A stretch of 64,000 nt of DNA from an uncultured Atribacterota bacterium. Lineage in GTDB: Bacteria > Atribacterota > JALVIU01. The stretch spans positions 452-64,451 of the forward strand of contig CAYWXH010000001.1 of the NCBI GenBank assembly GCA_964462295.1, written 5' to 3'. The position numbers and the translations under genes are program-made. The notes under the pieces were generated by a model. It ran no database searches. It was given only the letters and a program-made list of their open reading frames with translations, and had not been told where the DNA came from. Below, one piece after another: positions 18,551-28,897 of the stretch (position 1 is its first letter; each line of letters begins with the position of its first letter).

Positions 18551-19808
18551 TATTGCCAATATTGAGGGATATAAATACATAAAAAAATTACTTGAATTTA
18601 CTTCTGGAAAATGGGAAGAGGTTTATTTGGTGGGTGGTGCAATTAGAGATTATTATCTTGATAGATCTTCTTGTGATCTTGATTTTGTGGTCCCATGGAA
18701 AGAAGATATTCTTGCCAGAAAGTTTGCAAATAGCATAGGGGGAAAGTTTTTTATATTGGGAGATAGAGAAAGGGTAGCAAGGGTTATTCTAAAAAAGAAA
18801 AAAAAGATATGGAAATTTGATTTTACTGTATTTCGTGGAAAAGATATATATGATGATCTTGAAAAGAGGGATTTTACTATAAATGCGCTTGCAATTTCTA
18901 TCTTTGACCCAGTGCTTATAGATGTCTTTGCTGGTCTGTCTGATATAAAAAAGAGAATATTAAATCCTATAACTAAACATATCTTTATAGATGATCCCCT
19001 TCGTATTATGAGGGTATTTCGTTTTGCATATTCTCTTTCTTTTTTTATATCTAACACCCTCTATGACTTAATAGAGAGGGATAAAGACCTTCTTACTAAT
19101 GTATCAGGTGAGAGGATTAGAGACGAGTTTTTTGAGATTTTGAAAGTTTCATCCTTTCCTTTGGCCTTAAAAGAATTGTACGATAGGAAGATATTAGGGG
19201 TGATATTTCCTTCTCTTAATTATGATTATGAATTGTATAAAAGATATAAACTTGTTATAGAGGATGAGTTATCAGTAAGATTTAATATATACAAAGAAAA
19301 ACTCTATAGCTATCTTTCTAAAGAGACATCTGTAGGAAGAAAAAAGAAGGAGATCTTAAAGGTTAGTTTAATGTTTTTATTTTCTAATTCTTCAATGTAT
19401 GAAAAATATTTCGAAAGATTAAAACTTACAAAAGGTGAGACAAAGAGTATTCTTGGTATTATTAAACAGACAAAAAGGTTTTTACAGGGAGATAGGGCTT
19501 CTCTTTCAGACCTTTTTTCCTTACCGATATACCTTCAAGATGAACTTCCTGGTATTGCCCTTTTACTATACTTATTTGAAGAGCTCTCCTTGGCTTTTGA
19601 GATTTTAGATATTTATTACAATAAACTTTTGCCTGGGAGAGAATTTCCAAGGTTTATAGATGGGCATATATTGCAAAAGAAGTGGGGTTTATCTTCAGGG
19701 CCGAAAATAAAAGAGATTTTAGATAAGGTAAGGGTAGCTCAGATTGAAAGAAAAATTTTTACAGAAGAGGATGCCTATAGGTTTGTTGATGAACTTTTGA
19801 ATAATTGA
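18537..19808 (+). CDS. cca: CCA-adding tRNA nucleotidyltransferase / poly(A) polymerase-family protein
   Basis: VYLVGGAIRDYYLDRSSCDLDFVV head-domain motif (GGxxRD...DxD). Confidence 0.75.
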   Translation: MERIDIANIEGYKYIKKLLEFTSGKWEEVYLVGGAIRDYYLDRSSCDLDFVVPWKEDILARKFANSIGGKFFILGDRERVARVILKKKKKIWKFDFTVFRGKDIYDDLEKRDFTINALAISIFDPVLIDVFAGLSDIKKRILNPITKHIFIDDPLRIMRVFRFAYSLSFFISNTLYDLIERDKDLLTNVSGERIRDEFFEILKVSSFPLALKELYDRKILGVIFPSLNYDYELYKRYKLVIEDELSVRFNIYKEKLYSYLSKETSVGRKKKEILKVSLMFLFSNSSMYEKYFERLKLTKGETKSILGIIKQTKRFLQGDRASLSDLFSLPIYLQDELPGIALLLYLFEELSLAFEILDIYYNKLLPGREFPRFIDGHILQKKWGLSSGPKIKEILDKVRVAQIERKIFTEEDAYRFVDELLNN

Positions 19809-19831
19809 CCTTGTAAGGAGATTCTGTTATA

Positions 19832-21022
19832 ATGTATAACATGTTAGAGATACCTTGGGGCTTAAAAGATCTATTACCTGAAGAATTTGAAAAGAGACTT
19901 TATATCAAACAGAAGATAAGAGAACTTTTTCCCCTATGGGGATATAGAGAACTTACCACACCTACTTTTGAGTATTTTTCTGTGCTTTCTATGGGAATAG
20001 GTGAAGACTTAAAATCCCAAATGATAAAATTTATAGACCGAAATGGTCAGATTATGGCACTTCGTCCAGAATTTACTACATCTATTGCAAGGATTATAGC
20101 GACAAAGCTCTCTTCGTCTTTGCCTCCATTTAGGTTTTTTTACCTCGATAATATATTTAGATACCCTAAAGAAAAAGGGGTAAACAAGAGGGAAATTTTT
20201 CAAACAGGTGTAGAGTTAGTAGGAGAAGGGGGGGTAAGGGCAGATGCAGAGGTTGTATCTTTACTTGCCACTCTTTTAGATGAACTTGGTGTAAAAGACT
20301 ATAAAATAATTATAGGAAGTACATCTTTTTTCCGTGCCCTTTTAGATGAATTTGAGATTCAACCTCAAATGGGGGAACTTTTAAAACACTATCTTTCTAT
20401 TAGGGATTTTGTGAGTTTTTATAATGTGCTAGATACCCTTCCAAAGGAGAAAAAGAGAAATTTGAGAACAATATTTTCTCTCATTGGAGATAGAGAAGCA
20501 TTGGATGAGATTTCTTTGCTTGTAAAAGGTGATAGAACAAAAAGTGCTTTATCAGAACTTAGAAAGTTTTGTAAAATAGTTGAGTATTATGGTATATTGG
20601 GAAATTTAGAATTTGATTTTTCTTTCTTAAGAGATATGGATTATTACACAGGTATAGTTTTTGAGTTATTTGTAGAAGGAATAGGCTATTCCTTTGCAGG
20701 AGGGGGAAGATACGATAATCTTTTGCCTAAAATGGGAGTAGACTATCCAGCAACAGGTTTTGCTTTAGAGATGGGGGGACTTTTGGAGGTATTAGATAAT
20801 AAGATCCCTTTAGAAAATGGTGTTTCTTTGGTAGTTTCTCCTTCTTCTTATGAAAGATATGCGATAGATTTTCTGCAAAAAAAGAGAAGAGAGAGAGAAC
20901 CTATAGAGTTAAAAGTGGCTAATTTTGAAAAGGAAGAAGCAATAGAATATGCAAAAAAGAGATATATAAAAAGGGTCTATTTGATAGTAGGACCTGAAAA
21001 AATAGAAATTATTGATATTTAG
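19832..21022 (+). CDS. hisZ: ATP phosphoribosyltransferase regulatory subunit HisZ (HisRS paralogue)
   Basis: Class-II aaRS-like core (RPEFT, FELFVEGIGYSFAGGGRYD) directly upstream of a short hisG. Confidence 0.8.
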   Translation: MYNMLEIPWGLKDLLPEEFEKRLYIKQKIRELFPLWGYRELTTPTFEYFSVLSMGIGEDLKSQMIKFIDRNGQIMALRPEFTTSIARIIATKLSSSLPPFRFFYLDNIFRYPKEKGVNKREIFQTGVELVGEGGVRADAEVVSLLATLLDELGVKDYKIIIGSTSFFRALLDEFEIQPQMGELLKHYLSIRDFVSFYNVLDTLPKEKKRNLRTIFSLIGDREALDEISLLVKGDRTKSALSELRKFCKIVEYYGILGNLEFDFSFLRDMDYYTGIVFELFVEGIGYSFAGGGRYDNLLPKMGVDYPATGFALEMGGLLEVLDNKIPLENGVSLVVSPSSYERYAIDFLQKKRREREPIELKVANFEKEEAIEYAKKRYIKRVYLIVGPEKIEIIDI

Positions 21023-21030
21023 AGGGAAAT

Positions 21031-21675
21031 ATGACAGAACTTACTATAGCACTTACAAAGGGCAGCCTTCTTAAACCAACCCTTGAGCTTTTAAAAAGGG
21101 CAGGGATAAGGTTTCCAGAGCTTGAAAGAGGTTCAAGAAAATTAATATTTGAAAGTGAAGATAAAAAGTACAGGGCAATTCTTACACGTGCTACAGATAA
21201 TCCGACTTATGTAGAATATGGTGCGGCAGATTTAGGTATATCTGGAAAAGATGTCATAATAGAAGAAGCAAAACAGGTTTTTGAACTTATGGATTTGGGT
21301 ATAGGAAGATGTAAAATGGTACTTGCATTCCCTAAGGATAAAATTACATATTTTCGAAAACATGGCTTACAATCTATAGTAATAGGCTCTAAATATCCAA
21401 GAATTGCCGAGGATTTTTTTAGAAAAAAGGGAATACAGGTTGATATTATAAAGCTTTATGGGTCTGTAGAACTTGCCCCTTTAGTAGGGCTTTCTGATGG
21501 TATAGTTGATATAGTATCTACGGGTAGGACCCTAAAAGAGAATGGACTTGAAGTTTATGAAGATATATTAGACATAAGTGCTCGTCTTATTGGAAATATA
21601 GTAAGTAGGAGGACTAAGTATAGGATATTGCGGGAGTTTGAAGAAAAAATTCGAGGAGTTTTGAATGGTGAATAA
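21031..21675 (+). CDS. hisG: ATP phosphoribosyltransferase, short form HisG(S)
   Basis: 214 aa; LTIALTKGSL...; short-form size consistent with a HisZ partner. Confidence 0.85.
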   Translation: MTELTIALTKGSLLKPTLELLKRAGIRFPELERGSRKLIFESEDKKYRAILTRATDNPTYVEYGAADLGISGKDVIIEEAKQVFELMDLGIGRCKMVLAFPKDKITYFRKHGLQSIVIGSKYPRIAEDFFRKKGIQVDIIKLYGSVELAPLVGLSDGIVDIVSTGRTLKENGLEVYEDILDISARLIGNIVSRRTKYRILREFEEKIRGVLNGE

Positions 21676-22969
21676 GATAAATGAAATATATATAAAAAAA
21701 GGTCACGAAAAAGATATATTAAAACACCTAAAAGAGGAAAAAGAAGATACAAAGGCCATAGAAAAAAGTGTTTTAGAGATAGTAGAAGATGTAAAAAAAA
21801 GACAGGATGAGGCGATTTATTATTATCTTAAAAAATTTGACAAAATAGAAGGAGATCCACCATATAGATTAAGAGTAGAAAAAAGGGAGATAGACGAGGC
21901 TTATGAAAAGGTTCGCAAAGATATACTTTCAAGTTTTGAGAAGGCAATAGAACGTGTAGAAAAATTTCATAAATTTCAAAAGGAAAAGTCATGGATTGTA
22001 TATGATGAAGAGGGGAGTACCTATGGGGTACTTATTCGACCCCTTAAAAGAATAGGGATTTATGTACCAGGGGGTAGAGCGAGTTATCCTTCTACTCTTA
22101 TAATGGGTGCAGTACCTGCAAAGATTGCAGGGGTAAAGGAGATTGTAGTTGTTACCCCGCCTTCTCCTTTTATGGAAGTTTCCCCATACATACTTGCCGT
22201 AGCGAAGCTTTTGGGGATAGATGAAATATACAAAATGGGTGGGGCGTATGCTATAGCCGCTTTAGCCTATGGAACTGAAAGTGTAAATAGGGTGGATAAG
22301 ATTGTAGGACCTGGCAATATATATGTTACCTTTGCAAAGAAATTGGCATGGGGAGATGTCGATATAGATTCACTTGCAGGGCCAAGTGAAGTGGTTGTTG
22401 TGGGAGATGATACCTCTTCTCCAGAACTTGTTGCCCTTGACCTTATAGCACAGGCAGAGCATGACCCTATGGCTCGTGCAATCCTCATATCCCCATCTGA
22501 AAAATTGATAGAGAGTGTAAGAAGTATTATATTTGAATATATAGATGTCCAGCCAAGGAAAGAGATAATAACAGAATCTATTGCAAAGAGAGGATTTATA
22601 GTAAGAACAGAAGATATAGAAAGTGCCGTTTCGGTCTCTAATTTTATTGCACCTGAGCATCTACAACTTTCAGTAGATGATCCGTTTAACTTACTTTCAC
22701 TTATAGAGAACGCAGGGGCAGTTTTTCTTGGACATCATGCATCTGTACCACTTGGAGACTATATCGCAGGGACTAATCATATATTACCTACAGGAAGAAG
22801 GGCTAGATTCTCTTCAGGACTTGGTATACATAGTTTTTATAAAAGAATTGATTTTTTCTATACAAAAAAAGAACTTTCTGAAAAATTGGGAAAAGAGGCC
22901 TCTCCTATGGCTGAAGTAGAGGGCTTTTTTGCACATAGAGATAGATTATTAGGAAGGAGTAGAAAATGA
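21665..22969 (+). CDS. hisD: histidinol dehydrogenase
   Basis: 434 aa; GIYVPGGRASYPSTLIM, AGPSEVVVV, AQAEHDP motifs. Confidence 0.9.
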   Translation: MVNKINEIYIKKGHEKDILKHLKEEKEDTKAIEKSVLEIVEDVKKRQDEAIYYYLKKFDKIEGDPPYRLRVEKREIDEAYEKVRKDILSSFEKAIERVEKFHKFQKEKSWIVYDEEGSTYGVLIRPLKRIGIYVPGGRASYPSTLIMGAVPAKIAGVKEIVVVTPPSPFMEVSPYILAVAKLLGIDEIYKMGGAYAIAALAYGTESVNRVDKIVGPGNIYVTFAKKLAWGDVDIDSLAGPSEVVVVGDDTSSPELVALDLIAQAEHDPMARAILISPSEKLIESVRSIIFEYIDVQPRKEIITESIAKRGFIVRTEDIESAVSVSNFIAPEHLQLSVDDPFNLLSLIENAGAVFLGHHASVPLGDYIAGTNHILPTGRRARFSSGLGIHSFYKRIDFFYTKKELSEKLGKEASPMAEVEGFFAHRDRLLGRSRK

Positions 22970-24015
22970 ATATATTTAAGGAAAATCTAAGAGAATTATC
23001 CCCATATAGTGTAGATCATGTGCCTTACAGGGTTAAATTGAATGCGAATGAGAATCCCTATGGTATTCCGAAGGAAATAAAGGGCAAGATTTCAGAGATG
23101 GTAAAAGAGTTTGATTTTTCAAGATATCCAGACCCTATGGCAGATGAGCTAAGAGAGGTAATTGCGAAAAGGTGTAAAGTAGATAAAGACATGATTATAA
23201 TAGGAAATGGATCAGATGAACTCATTAATTACCTTACCCTTGCATTTTCAGGAAGGGATAGGGTAGTTACATACCCTACTCCTACCTTTCCCATGTATAG
23301 GGTATATACTATTCTTACAGAGGGAAAGCCTATACCTGTGGAACTTATGCCAGATTTTTCTCTTCCCGTGGGAAAACTTCTATCTACCCGTGCACATATT
23401 ACTTTTATTTCATACCCTAATAGCCCCACGGGTAACTATTTTGATGAGGAAGATATTTTAAAGGTGATAGAGGGTACAGATGGGGTAGTTGTGGTAGATG
23501 AGGCCTATTATGAATTTGGTAAGAGAACTTTTCTAAAATATCTTGAAAAATATGAGAATCTTGTTATACTTAGAACCTTTTCAAAGGCTTTTGCTTTGGC
23601 AGGTATGAGGGTAGGGTATCTTATTGCAAATCCATATATTGTAAGTGAACTTTTAAAGGTGAAAAGTCCATATAATATGAATTCTATGTCTATTAAAGTG
23701 GCAAAAATTGTATGGGAAAACTATGATAAATTAGAACCTTTTGTAGAGAAAATTATAAAAGAACGAGAAAGGGTATATAATATCTTACAAAAAGAATTTC
23801 CACAGTTTAAGGTGTTTCCTGGTGTGGCAAACTTCTTATATGTAAGAACAGACGATAAAGAGGATATAATAAGAAAAAGATTATTAGAGAAAGGCATACT
23901 TATAAGGACATATAAAGACCCTCTTAATAATGATGCATATGCTTTAAGAATTACCATTGGAACACCAGAGGAGATGGATACACTATTAGATGCCTTAAGG
24001 GAGGTTGTATCTTGA
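22966..24015 (+). CDS. hisC: histidinol-phosphate aminotransferase
   Basis: Class-II aminotransferase; KLNANENPYG N-terminus; PLP-lysine region TFSKAFALAGMRVGY. Confidence 0.9.
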   Translation: MNIFKENLRELSPYSVDHVPYRVKLNANENPYGIPKEIKGKISEMVKEFDFSRYPDPMADELREVIAKRCKVDKDMIIIGNGSDELINYLTLAFSGRDRVVTYPTPTFPMYRVYTILTEGKPIPVELMPDFSLPVGKLLSTRAHITFISYPNSPTGNYFDEEDILKVIEGTDGVVVVDEAYYEFGKRTFLKYLEKYENLVILRTFSKAFALAGMRVGYLIANPYIVSELLKVKSPYNMNSMSIKVAKIVWENYDKLEPFVEKIIKERERVYNILQKEFPQFKVFPGVANFLYVRTDDKEDIIRKRLLEKGILIRTYKDPLNNDAYALRITIGTPEEMDTLLDALREVVS

Positions 24016-24983
24016 GTTTTGTCTGGATAGATGAGAATGTAAAAAATGAGAAGATAGATACACTTATATTTGATATAGATGGTGTATTGATAGATACAAG
24101 GCTTTCTTATAGTGAGAGCATAAGGATTGCTTTGGATATATACTTTAAAGAGATCCTTGGTTTTGAAGGGCCATCTAAATTTTTCCCTTATGAAGAAGTG
24201 GAGATGTTTAAACTTGCCGGTGGATTTAATAATGAGTGGAATATTTTAAAGGCCATAGCTATATTTTTTATTGCAAAATCAATTATTTATAAAACAAAAG
24301 ATTTAGAGATTTTGAAGGTAAAAGAACCAAGGCTTCCTTTCCTTCTTAATAAACTAAAAAAGTTGGGAGGGGGCTTTGAAAGGTTTTTAGGGCTTTTAAA
24401 GGAGGAAGACTTGCCAATTGATAAGGTTTCCTATGATGAGGAAACACTTGTAAGAATTGGAATGGAAAGTTATGCGGGAAAATACACAAAATTACTTTAT
24501 GGATTTGAACCCCATTATTTTAAAGGTAATGGGGTTATAGAAGAAGAGAAATCTTTATTGGCTGATGAACTTCTTGATGTTGTAGAAAAATACAAGGTCG
24601 GAGTACTTACAGGAAGACTCAAGGAAGAAGTCGATATAATAAAATCAAAGGTAAAGCTTTTTGAATTTGTGGATGATAGATATATACTTACAAATAGTGA
24701 AATCCCTGACAAGCCTGACCCAGCAGGGATGAAGATATTAAAAGAAAGATTGGGATTTGAAAAGGCTGTATTTGTAGGGGATACGATGGATGATTATAGG
24801 GTTACGGAAAATTATAATAGGGAAGTAGGAAAAAAAGAGGTGCTTTCCTGCATGGTCCTTTCTCGAGGAACAGAAGAAGATGCAAAGATAAGATTTGATA
24901 CATATAAAGAGATAGGTGCATCTTTCGTATTTCCTACTGTAAATGAATTTTTAATATATCTGAGGGATAACCATGGAAAATAG
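24012..24983 (+). CDS. HAD-superfamily hydrolase embedded in the his operon (candidate histidinol-phosphate phosphatase)
   Basis: HAD motif I LIFDIDGVLIDT and motif III/IV VFVGDTMDD; TTG start overlaps the hisC stop and its end overlaps the hisB ATG (translational coupling). Confidence 0.6.
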   Translation: MSFVWIDENVKNEKIDTLIFDIDGVLIDTRLSYSESIRIALDIYFKEILGFEGPSKFFPYEEVEMFKLAGGFNNEWNILKAIAIFFIAKSIIYKTKDLEILKVKEPRLPFLLNKLKKLGGGFERFLGLLKEEDLPIDKVSYDEETLVRIGMESYAGKYTKLLYGFEPHYFKGNGVIEEEKSLLADELLDVVEKYKVGVLTGRLKEEVDIIKSKVKLFEFVDDRYILTNSEIPDKPDPAGMKILKERLGFEKAVFVGDTMDDYRVTENYNREVGKKEVLSCMVLSRGTEEDAKIRFDTYKEIGASFVFPTVNEFLIYLRDNHGK

Positions 24984-25560
24984 AACCTTTACCTTAACAA
25001 GAAAGACAAAAGAGACAGATATTAGGTGTAAAATTAATTTAGATGGTGTAGGTATGTCACATATTGAGACAGGTATACCCTTTTTTGACCATATGCTCAT
25101 ATCTTTTACCAGGTATGCAAGATTTGATTTAGATATTATTGCTAAAGGAGATTTATCGGTAGATTTTCATCATACAGTAGAGGATATAGGTTTGGTATTA
25201 GGAAAGGCGATCCTTGGCGCTTTGGGAGAAGGTAGAGGTATAGAGAGGTTTGGTTGGTTTTTATTACCCATGGATGATGCCTTGGTTAGGGTGGCATTAG
25301 ATATAAGTGGTAGGCCCTATCTTTCCTATAATGCCACATATAAAGAGGAAAGAGTAGGAGAATTTCCCGTAAGTCTTGTGGTGGAATTTCTAAGGGCATT
25401 TTCCAATGAGGCAAAGATTACACTACATATAGATGTTTTGAAGGGGGAAAATGCCCATCATATAGTAGAGGCTATCTTTAAGGCATTAGGGAAGGCACTT
25501 GGAATATCTTTATCTGTTAAGGGAGATGAAATACCATCTACAAAGGGGTTGTTGATATGA
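24973..25560 (+). CDS. hisB: imidazoleglycerol-phosphate dehydratase
   Basis: RKTKETDI...FDHML...HHTVEDIGLVLG hallmark IGPD motifs; 195 aa, monofunctional. Confidence 0.9.
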   Translation: MENRTFTLTRKTKETDIRCKINLDGVGMSHIETGIPFFDHMLISFTRYARFDLDIIAKGDLSVDFHHTVEDIGLVLGKAILGALGEGRGIERFGWFLLPMDDALVRVALDISGRPYLSYNATYKEERVGEFPVSLVVEFLRAFSNEAKITLHIDVLKGENAHHIVEAIFKALGKALGISLSVKGDEIPSTKGLLI

Positions 25561-26156
25561 TAGTTATAGTTAACTATGGAGTGGGAAACTTTGGAAGTGT
25601 AGAGAAGGCCTTAAGATTTTTGAAAAAAGACGCAGTAATAAGCAATGACCCAGAGGTTATTGTTCGTTCAGATAAGATAATACTTCCTGGTGTAGGGGCA
25701 TTTCGTGATGCTATCGAGTTTTTGGAAGGTTCAGGACTTATCCCTCTCCTAAAGGAAGAGGTGGCAAAGGGCAAACCCCTTCTTGGTATATGTCTTGGTC
25801 TTCAACTTCTTTTCGAAGAGAGTGAAGAAGGTGGCCTATTCAGAGGGCTTTCTTTTATGAATGGTCGAGTGGTAAGATTTGAAGGAGACATAAAGGTTCC
25901 TCATATGGGATGGAATAGGGTTTACGAAAGTTCCCCGTCATATCTTTTGAAAAATATACCCAATGGTACTCATTTTTATTTTGCCAACTCCTATTATGCA
26001 GATACAAAGGATGAAAAAGTAATAAAAGGCATTACCGAATATGGGATAGAGTTTCCATCTGTGGTAGAGAAGGGCAATATGTTTGGTACCCAATTTCACC
26101 CGGAAAAAAGTGGGGAAATGGGTCTTAGAGTCTTGGAGAATTTTGCAAATTTATAA
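25557..26156 (+). CDS. hisH: imidazole glycerol phosphate synthase glutaminase subunit HisH
   Basis: Class-I glutamine amidotransferase: VNYGVGN, GICLGLQLL (catalytic Cys), HPEKS. Confidence 0.9.
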   Translation: MIVIVNYGVGNFGSVEKALRFLKKDAVISNDPEVIVRSDKIILPGVGAFRDAIEFLEGSGLIPLLKEEVAKGKPLLGICLGLQLLFEESEEGGLFRGLSFMNGRVVRFEGDIKVPHMGWNRVYESSPSYLLKNIPNGTHFYFANSYYADTKDEKVIKGITEYGIEFPSVVEKGNMFGTQFHPEKSGEMGLRVLENFANL

Positions 26157-26166
26157 GGAGTAAGAA

Positions 26167-26892
26167 ATGCTTGTAATCCCTGCTGTTGATATAAAAGATG
26201 GAAGATGTGTAAGGCTGTTTCAAGGAGATTATGCCAAAGTAGAGGTATTTTCAGAAGACCCCGTTGAGGTTGCTAAAAAGTGGGCCCAATCTGGTGCAAA
26301 GCTTATCCATGTTGTGGATCTTGATGGTGCTAAAGAGGGTCGACCAGTAAATAAGAAAACAATAGAAGATATAGTAAAAAGTGTAGATATAGATGTAGAG
26401 GTAGGTGGGGGAATAAGGGATGAAAAGATTGTAGAGGAATATTTTTCTCTTAATGTTAAAAGGCTTGTGATAGGAAGTATGCTTTTTAAAAATCAATCTT
26501 TAGCTAAAACACTTCTTAGTATATATGCTGGTCAAATTATTCCAAGTCTTGATGTCAGGGATAAAAAATTGGCCATATCTGGATGGTTAGAAGAGACGAA
26601 ATTTACAATAGATGATGCTATTCCTTACCTGGAAGGTTATGGAGTAGAAGAGATTATAATAACAGATATAAAAAGAGATGGTACCCTTGAGGGTTTTGAT
26701 ACCTCTCTATTAGAGTATATAGTAAGAAAATACCCAAAGATAAAGCTTATAGTGGGGGGAGGTATTACATCTTTGGATGATCTTAAAAAGATAGCTTTCT
26801 TTCCCAATGTGAGGGGTGTCATTGTCGGAAAAGCCCTCTATACAGGTACAATAGATTTCAAAGAAGCGAATCGCTTATATGGAGGTAATTGA
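26167..26892 (+). CDS. hisA: ProFAR isomerase HisA
   Basis: [17 protein letters not shown]...VVDLDGA...VGGGIR (beta/alpha-barrel HisA). Confidence 0.9.
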   Translation: MLVIPAVDIKDGRCVRLFQGDYAKVEVFSEDPVEVAKKWAQSGAKLIHVVDLDGAKEGRPVNKKTIEDIVKSVDIDVEVGGGIRDEKIVEEYFSLNVKRLVIGSMLFKNQSLAKTLLSIYAGQIIPSLDVRDKKLAISGWLEETKFTIDDAIPYLEGYGVEEIIITDIKRDGTLEGFDTSLLEYIVRKYPKIKLIVGGGITSLDDLKKIAFFPNVRGVIVGKALYTGTIDFKEANRLYGGN

Positions 26893-27647
26893 TGCTTGCA
26901 AAGAGGATTATACCTTGTCTTGATGTAAAAGAGGGCAGGGTAGTTAAGGGGATAAATTTTGTAAGTTTGATAGATGCAGGTGACCCTGTAACTCTTGCTA
27001 AAATATATAATGATGAAGGGGCAGATGAGCTTGTTTTTTTAGATATAACAGCATCTTATGAGAAAAGAGATATTATGCTTGATGTGGCAGAACAGGTGGC
27101 AAAGAATGTATTTATCCCATTTACTGTAGGTGGAGGAATAAGAAATATTCAAGATATAGAGAATCTTCTTATGGCAGGTGCGGATAAGGTTTCTATAAAT
27201 ACCCAAGCTGTTAGAAATCCAAAGTTTATAGAAGAGGCTTCAAAAAGATTCGGGGCACAGTGTATTGTGGTAGCCATTGATGCAAAAAAAGATAGAGATA
27301 GATATAGGGTCTATGTAGAAGGGGGTAGGACACCCACAGATCTTGATGCAGTTTTATGGGCAAAAGAAGTAGAAGAAAGGGGAGCAGGAGAAATTTTGCT
27401 TACGAGCATAGATAAGGATGGCACAAAAGATGGCTATGAGCTAACTCTTACTAAGGCAATTTCAGAAGCTGTTTCTATTCCTGTGATTGCATCGGGGGGT
27501 GCAGGAGATAAAGTGCACTTTTTTGAGGTCTTTGATTATGCAAAGGCAGATGCAGCGCTTGCTGCATCTTTATTTCATTTTGGTGAACTTAAGATAGGTG
27601 AGCTTAAATCATATCTTAAGGAGAAAGGAGTTGAGGTAAGATTATAG
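26889..27647 (+). CDS. hisF: imidazole glycerol phosphate synthase cyclase subunit HisF
   Basis: [18 protein letters not shown]...[11 protein letters not shown]...VGGGIR. Confidence 0.9.
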   Translation: MMLAKRIIPCLDVKEGRVVKGINFVSLIDAGDPVTLAKIYNDEGADELVFLDITASYEKRDIMLDVAEQVAKNVFIPFTVGGGIRNIQDIENLLMAGADKVSINTQAVRNPKFIEEASKRFGAQCIVVAIDAKKDRDRYRVYVEGGRTPTDLDAVLWAKEVEERGAGEILLTSIDKDGTKDGYELTLTKAISEAVSIPVIASGGAGDKVHFFEVFDYAKADAALAASLFHFGELKIGELKSYLKEKGVEVRL

Positions 27648-28285
27648 TGAATGACATTATAGACCAAATAAGATTTGACGAGAAAGGTCTTGTCCCTGCA
27701 GTTGTGCAAGATTATTCTACAAGACAGGTATTAATGGTAGCATATATGAATAAGGAGGCCTTGCAAAAAACCCTTGAAACTAAGATTGCTCATTATTTTT
27801 CTCGATCTCGGAGGAAACTTTGGAAAAAGGGTGAGACATCAGGTCATTTTCAGTATGTAAAAGAGATCAGGATAGATTGTGATGAAGATACTATACTCTT
27901 GTTGGTAGAACAGGTAGGAGTAGCCTGCCATACTGGACATTATTCTTGTTTTTATAGAGAGGTAACTCCACAATTTAATATAGTAGAAAAAGAGGAACCC
28001 TATGATGTATTGGGTGAGGTTATGGGGATTGTTAAAGATAGAAAGATAAACCCTAAAGAAGGCTCTTATGTAAATTACCTCTTTTCCCATCCTGAAGATA
28101 AATTACCCAAAAAAATAGGAGAGGAGGCAACAGAGGTAGTAATTGCCTATAAAGATAAAGATAGGCCACAAATTATATATGAAGTTGCTGATCTATGGTT
28201 TCATACTATGGTACTTCTTGGTTATATGGATATCCCTCTTTTTGAAATATTCCAAGAGTTAAAAGGCAGGAGAAAAAAGAGATAA
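27647..28285 (+). CDS. hisI: bifunctional phosphoribosyl-AMP cyclohydrolase / phosphoribosyl-ATP pyrophosphatase HisIE
   Basis: N-terminal HisI (GLVPAVVQD...[11 protein letters not shown]...[10 protein letters not shown]) plus C-terminal HisE ([12 protein letters not shown]...[11 protein letters not shown]). Confidence 0.85.
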   Translation: MNDIIDQIRFDEKGLVPAVVQDYSTRQVLMVAYMNKEALQKTLETKIAHYFSRSRRKLWKKGETSGHFQYVKEIRIDCDEDTILLLVEQVGVACHTGHYSCFYREVTPQFNIVEKEEPYDVLGEVMGIVKDRKINPKEGSYVNYLFSHPEDKLPKKIGEEATEVVIAYKDKDRPQIIYEVADLWFHTMVLLGYMDIPLFEIFQELKGRRKKR

Positions 28286-28897
28286 GTGCCTTTATTGGAA
28301 AAGGTTCACTATAAAGATATTGTTATATACCATTATGATGAAATAGAATCTACATCAGATCTTATAAGAGATTTTGATAATAAAGGTACTAAAATTGTAT
28401 TATGGGCCGATACACAGACTAACGGTAGGGGAAGAAAAAAAAGAGATTGGGTATCTCCTTTGGGAGGACTCTGGTTTACCCTTTCTTTTGCTCCAAAAGA
28501 TTTCCCTCAAGAATTCTTACCTTATGTGGTAAGGATTCCTGCCTTGGCAGTCTCTACTGTCCTTATTTATTATGGGATTTCACCATCCATAAAACCCCCA
28601 AATGATATTTATGTGGAGAATAAGAAGATTGCTGGAATCCTAATCGATACAAAGATAAAGAATGAAAGGGTCGAAAGGATATATATAGGTATAGGTCTTA
28701 ATATAAATAACACCACTAAAATACTTCCTCTCCCAATAAGAAGTAATGTAATAACTATGTATGACCTTTTTCCTAAAGATTACTCTATCAAGGAAATACT
28801 TTTTGAGATATTGGATGGTATATTTAATGGATTTGATACTTTATTTAAAGACAAAAAAGATATAGATAAATTATGGAATAAGATAGTTATCCAATAA
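28286..28897 (+). CDS. birA: biotin--protein ligase, catalytic domain only (group I BirA, no HTH)
   Basis: WADTQTNGRGRKKRDWVSPLGGLWFTL matches the BPL GRGRxxxxW biotin-binding loop; 203 aa. Confidence 0.75.
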   Translation: MPLLEKVHYKDIVIYHYDEIESTSDLIRDFDNKGTKIVLWADTQTNGRGRKKRDWVSPLGGLWFTLSFAPKDFPQEFLPYVVRIPALAVSTVLIYYGISPSIKPPNDIYVENKKIAGILIDTKIKNERVERIYIGIGLNINNTTKILPLPIRSNVITMYDLFPKDYSIKEILFEILDGIFNGFDTLFKDKKDIDKLWNKIVIQ

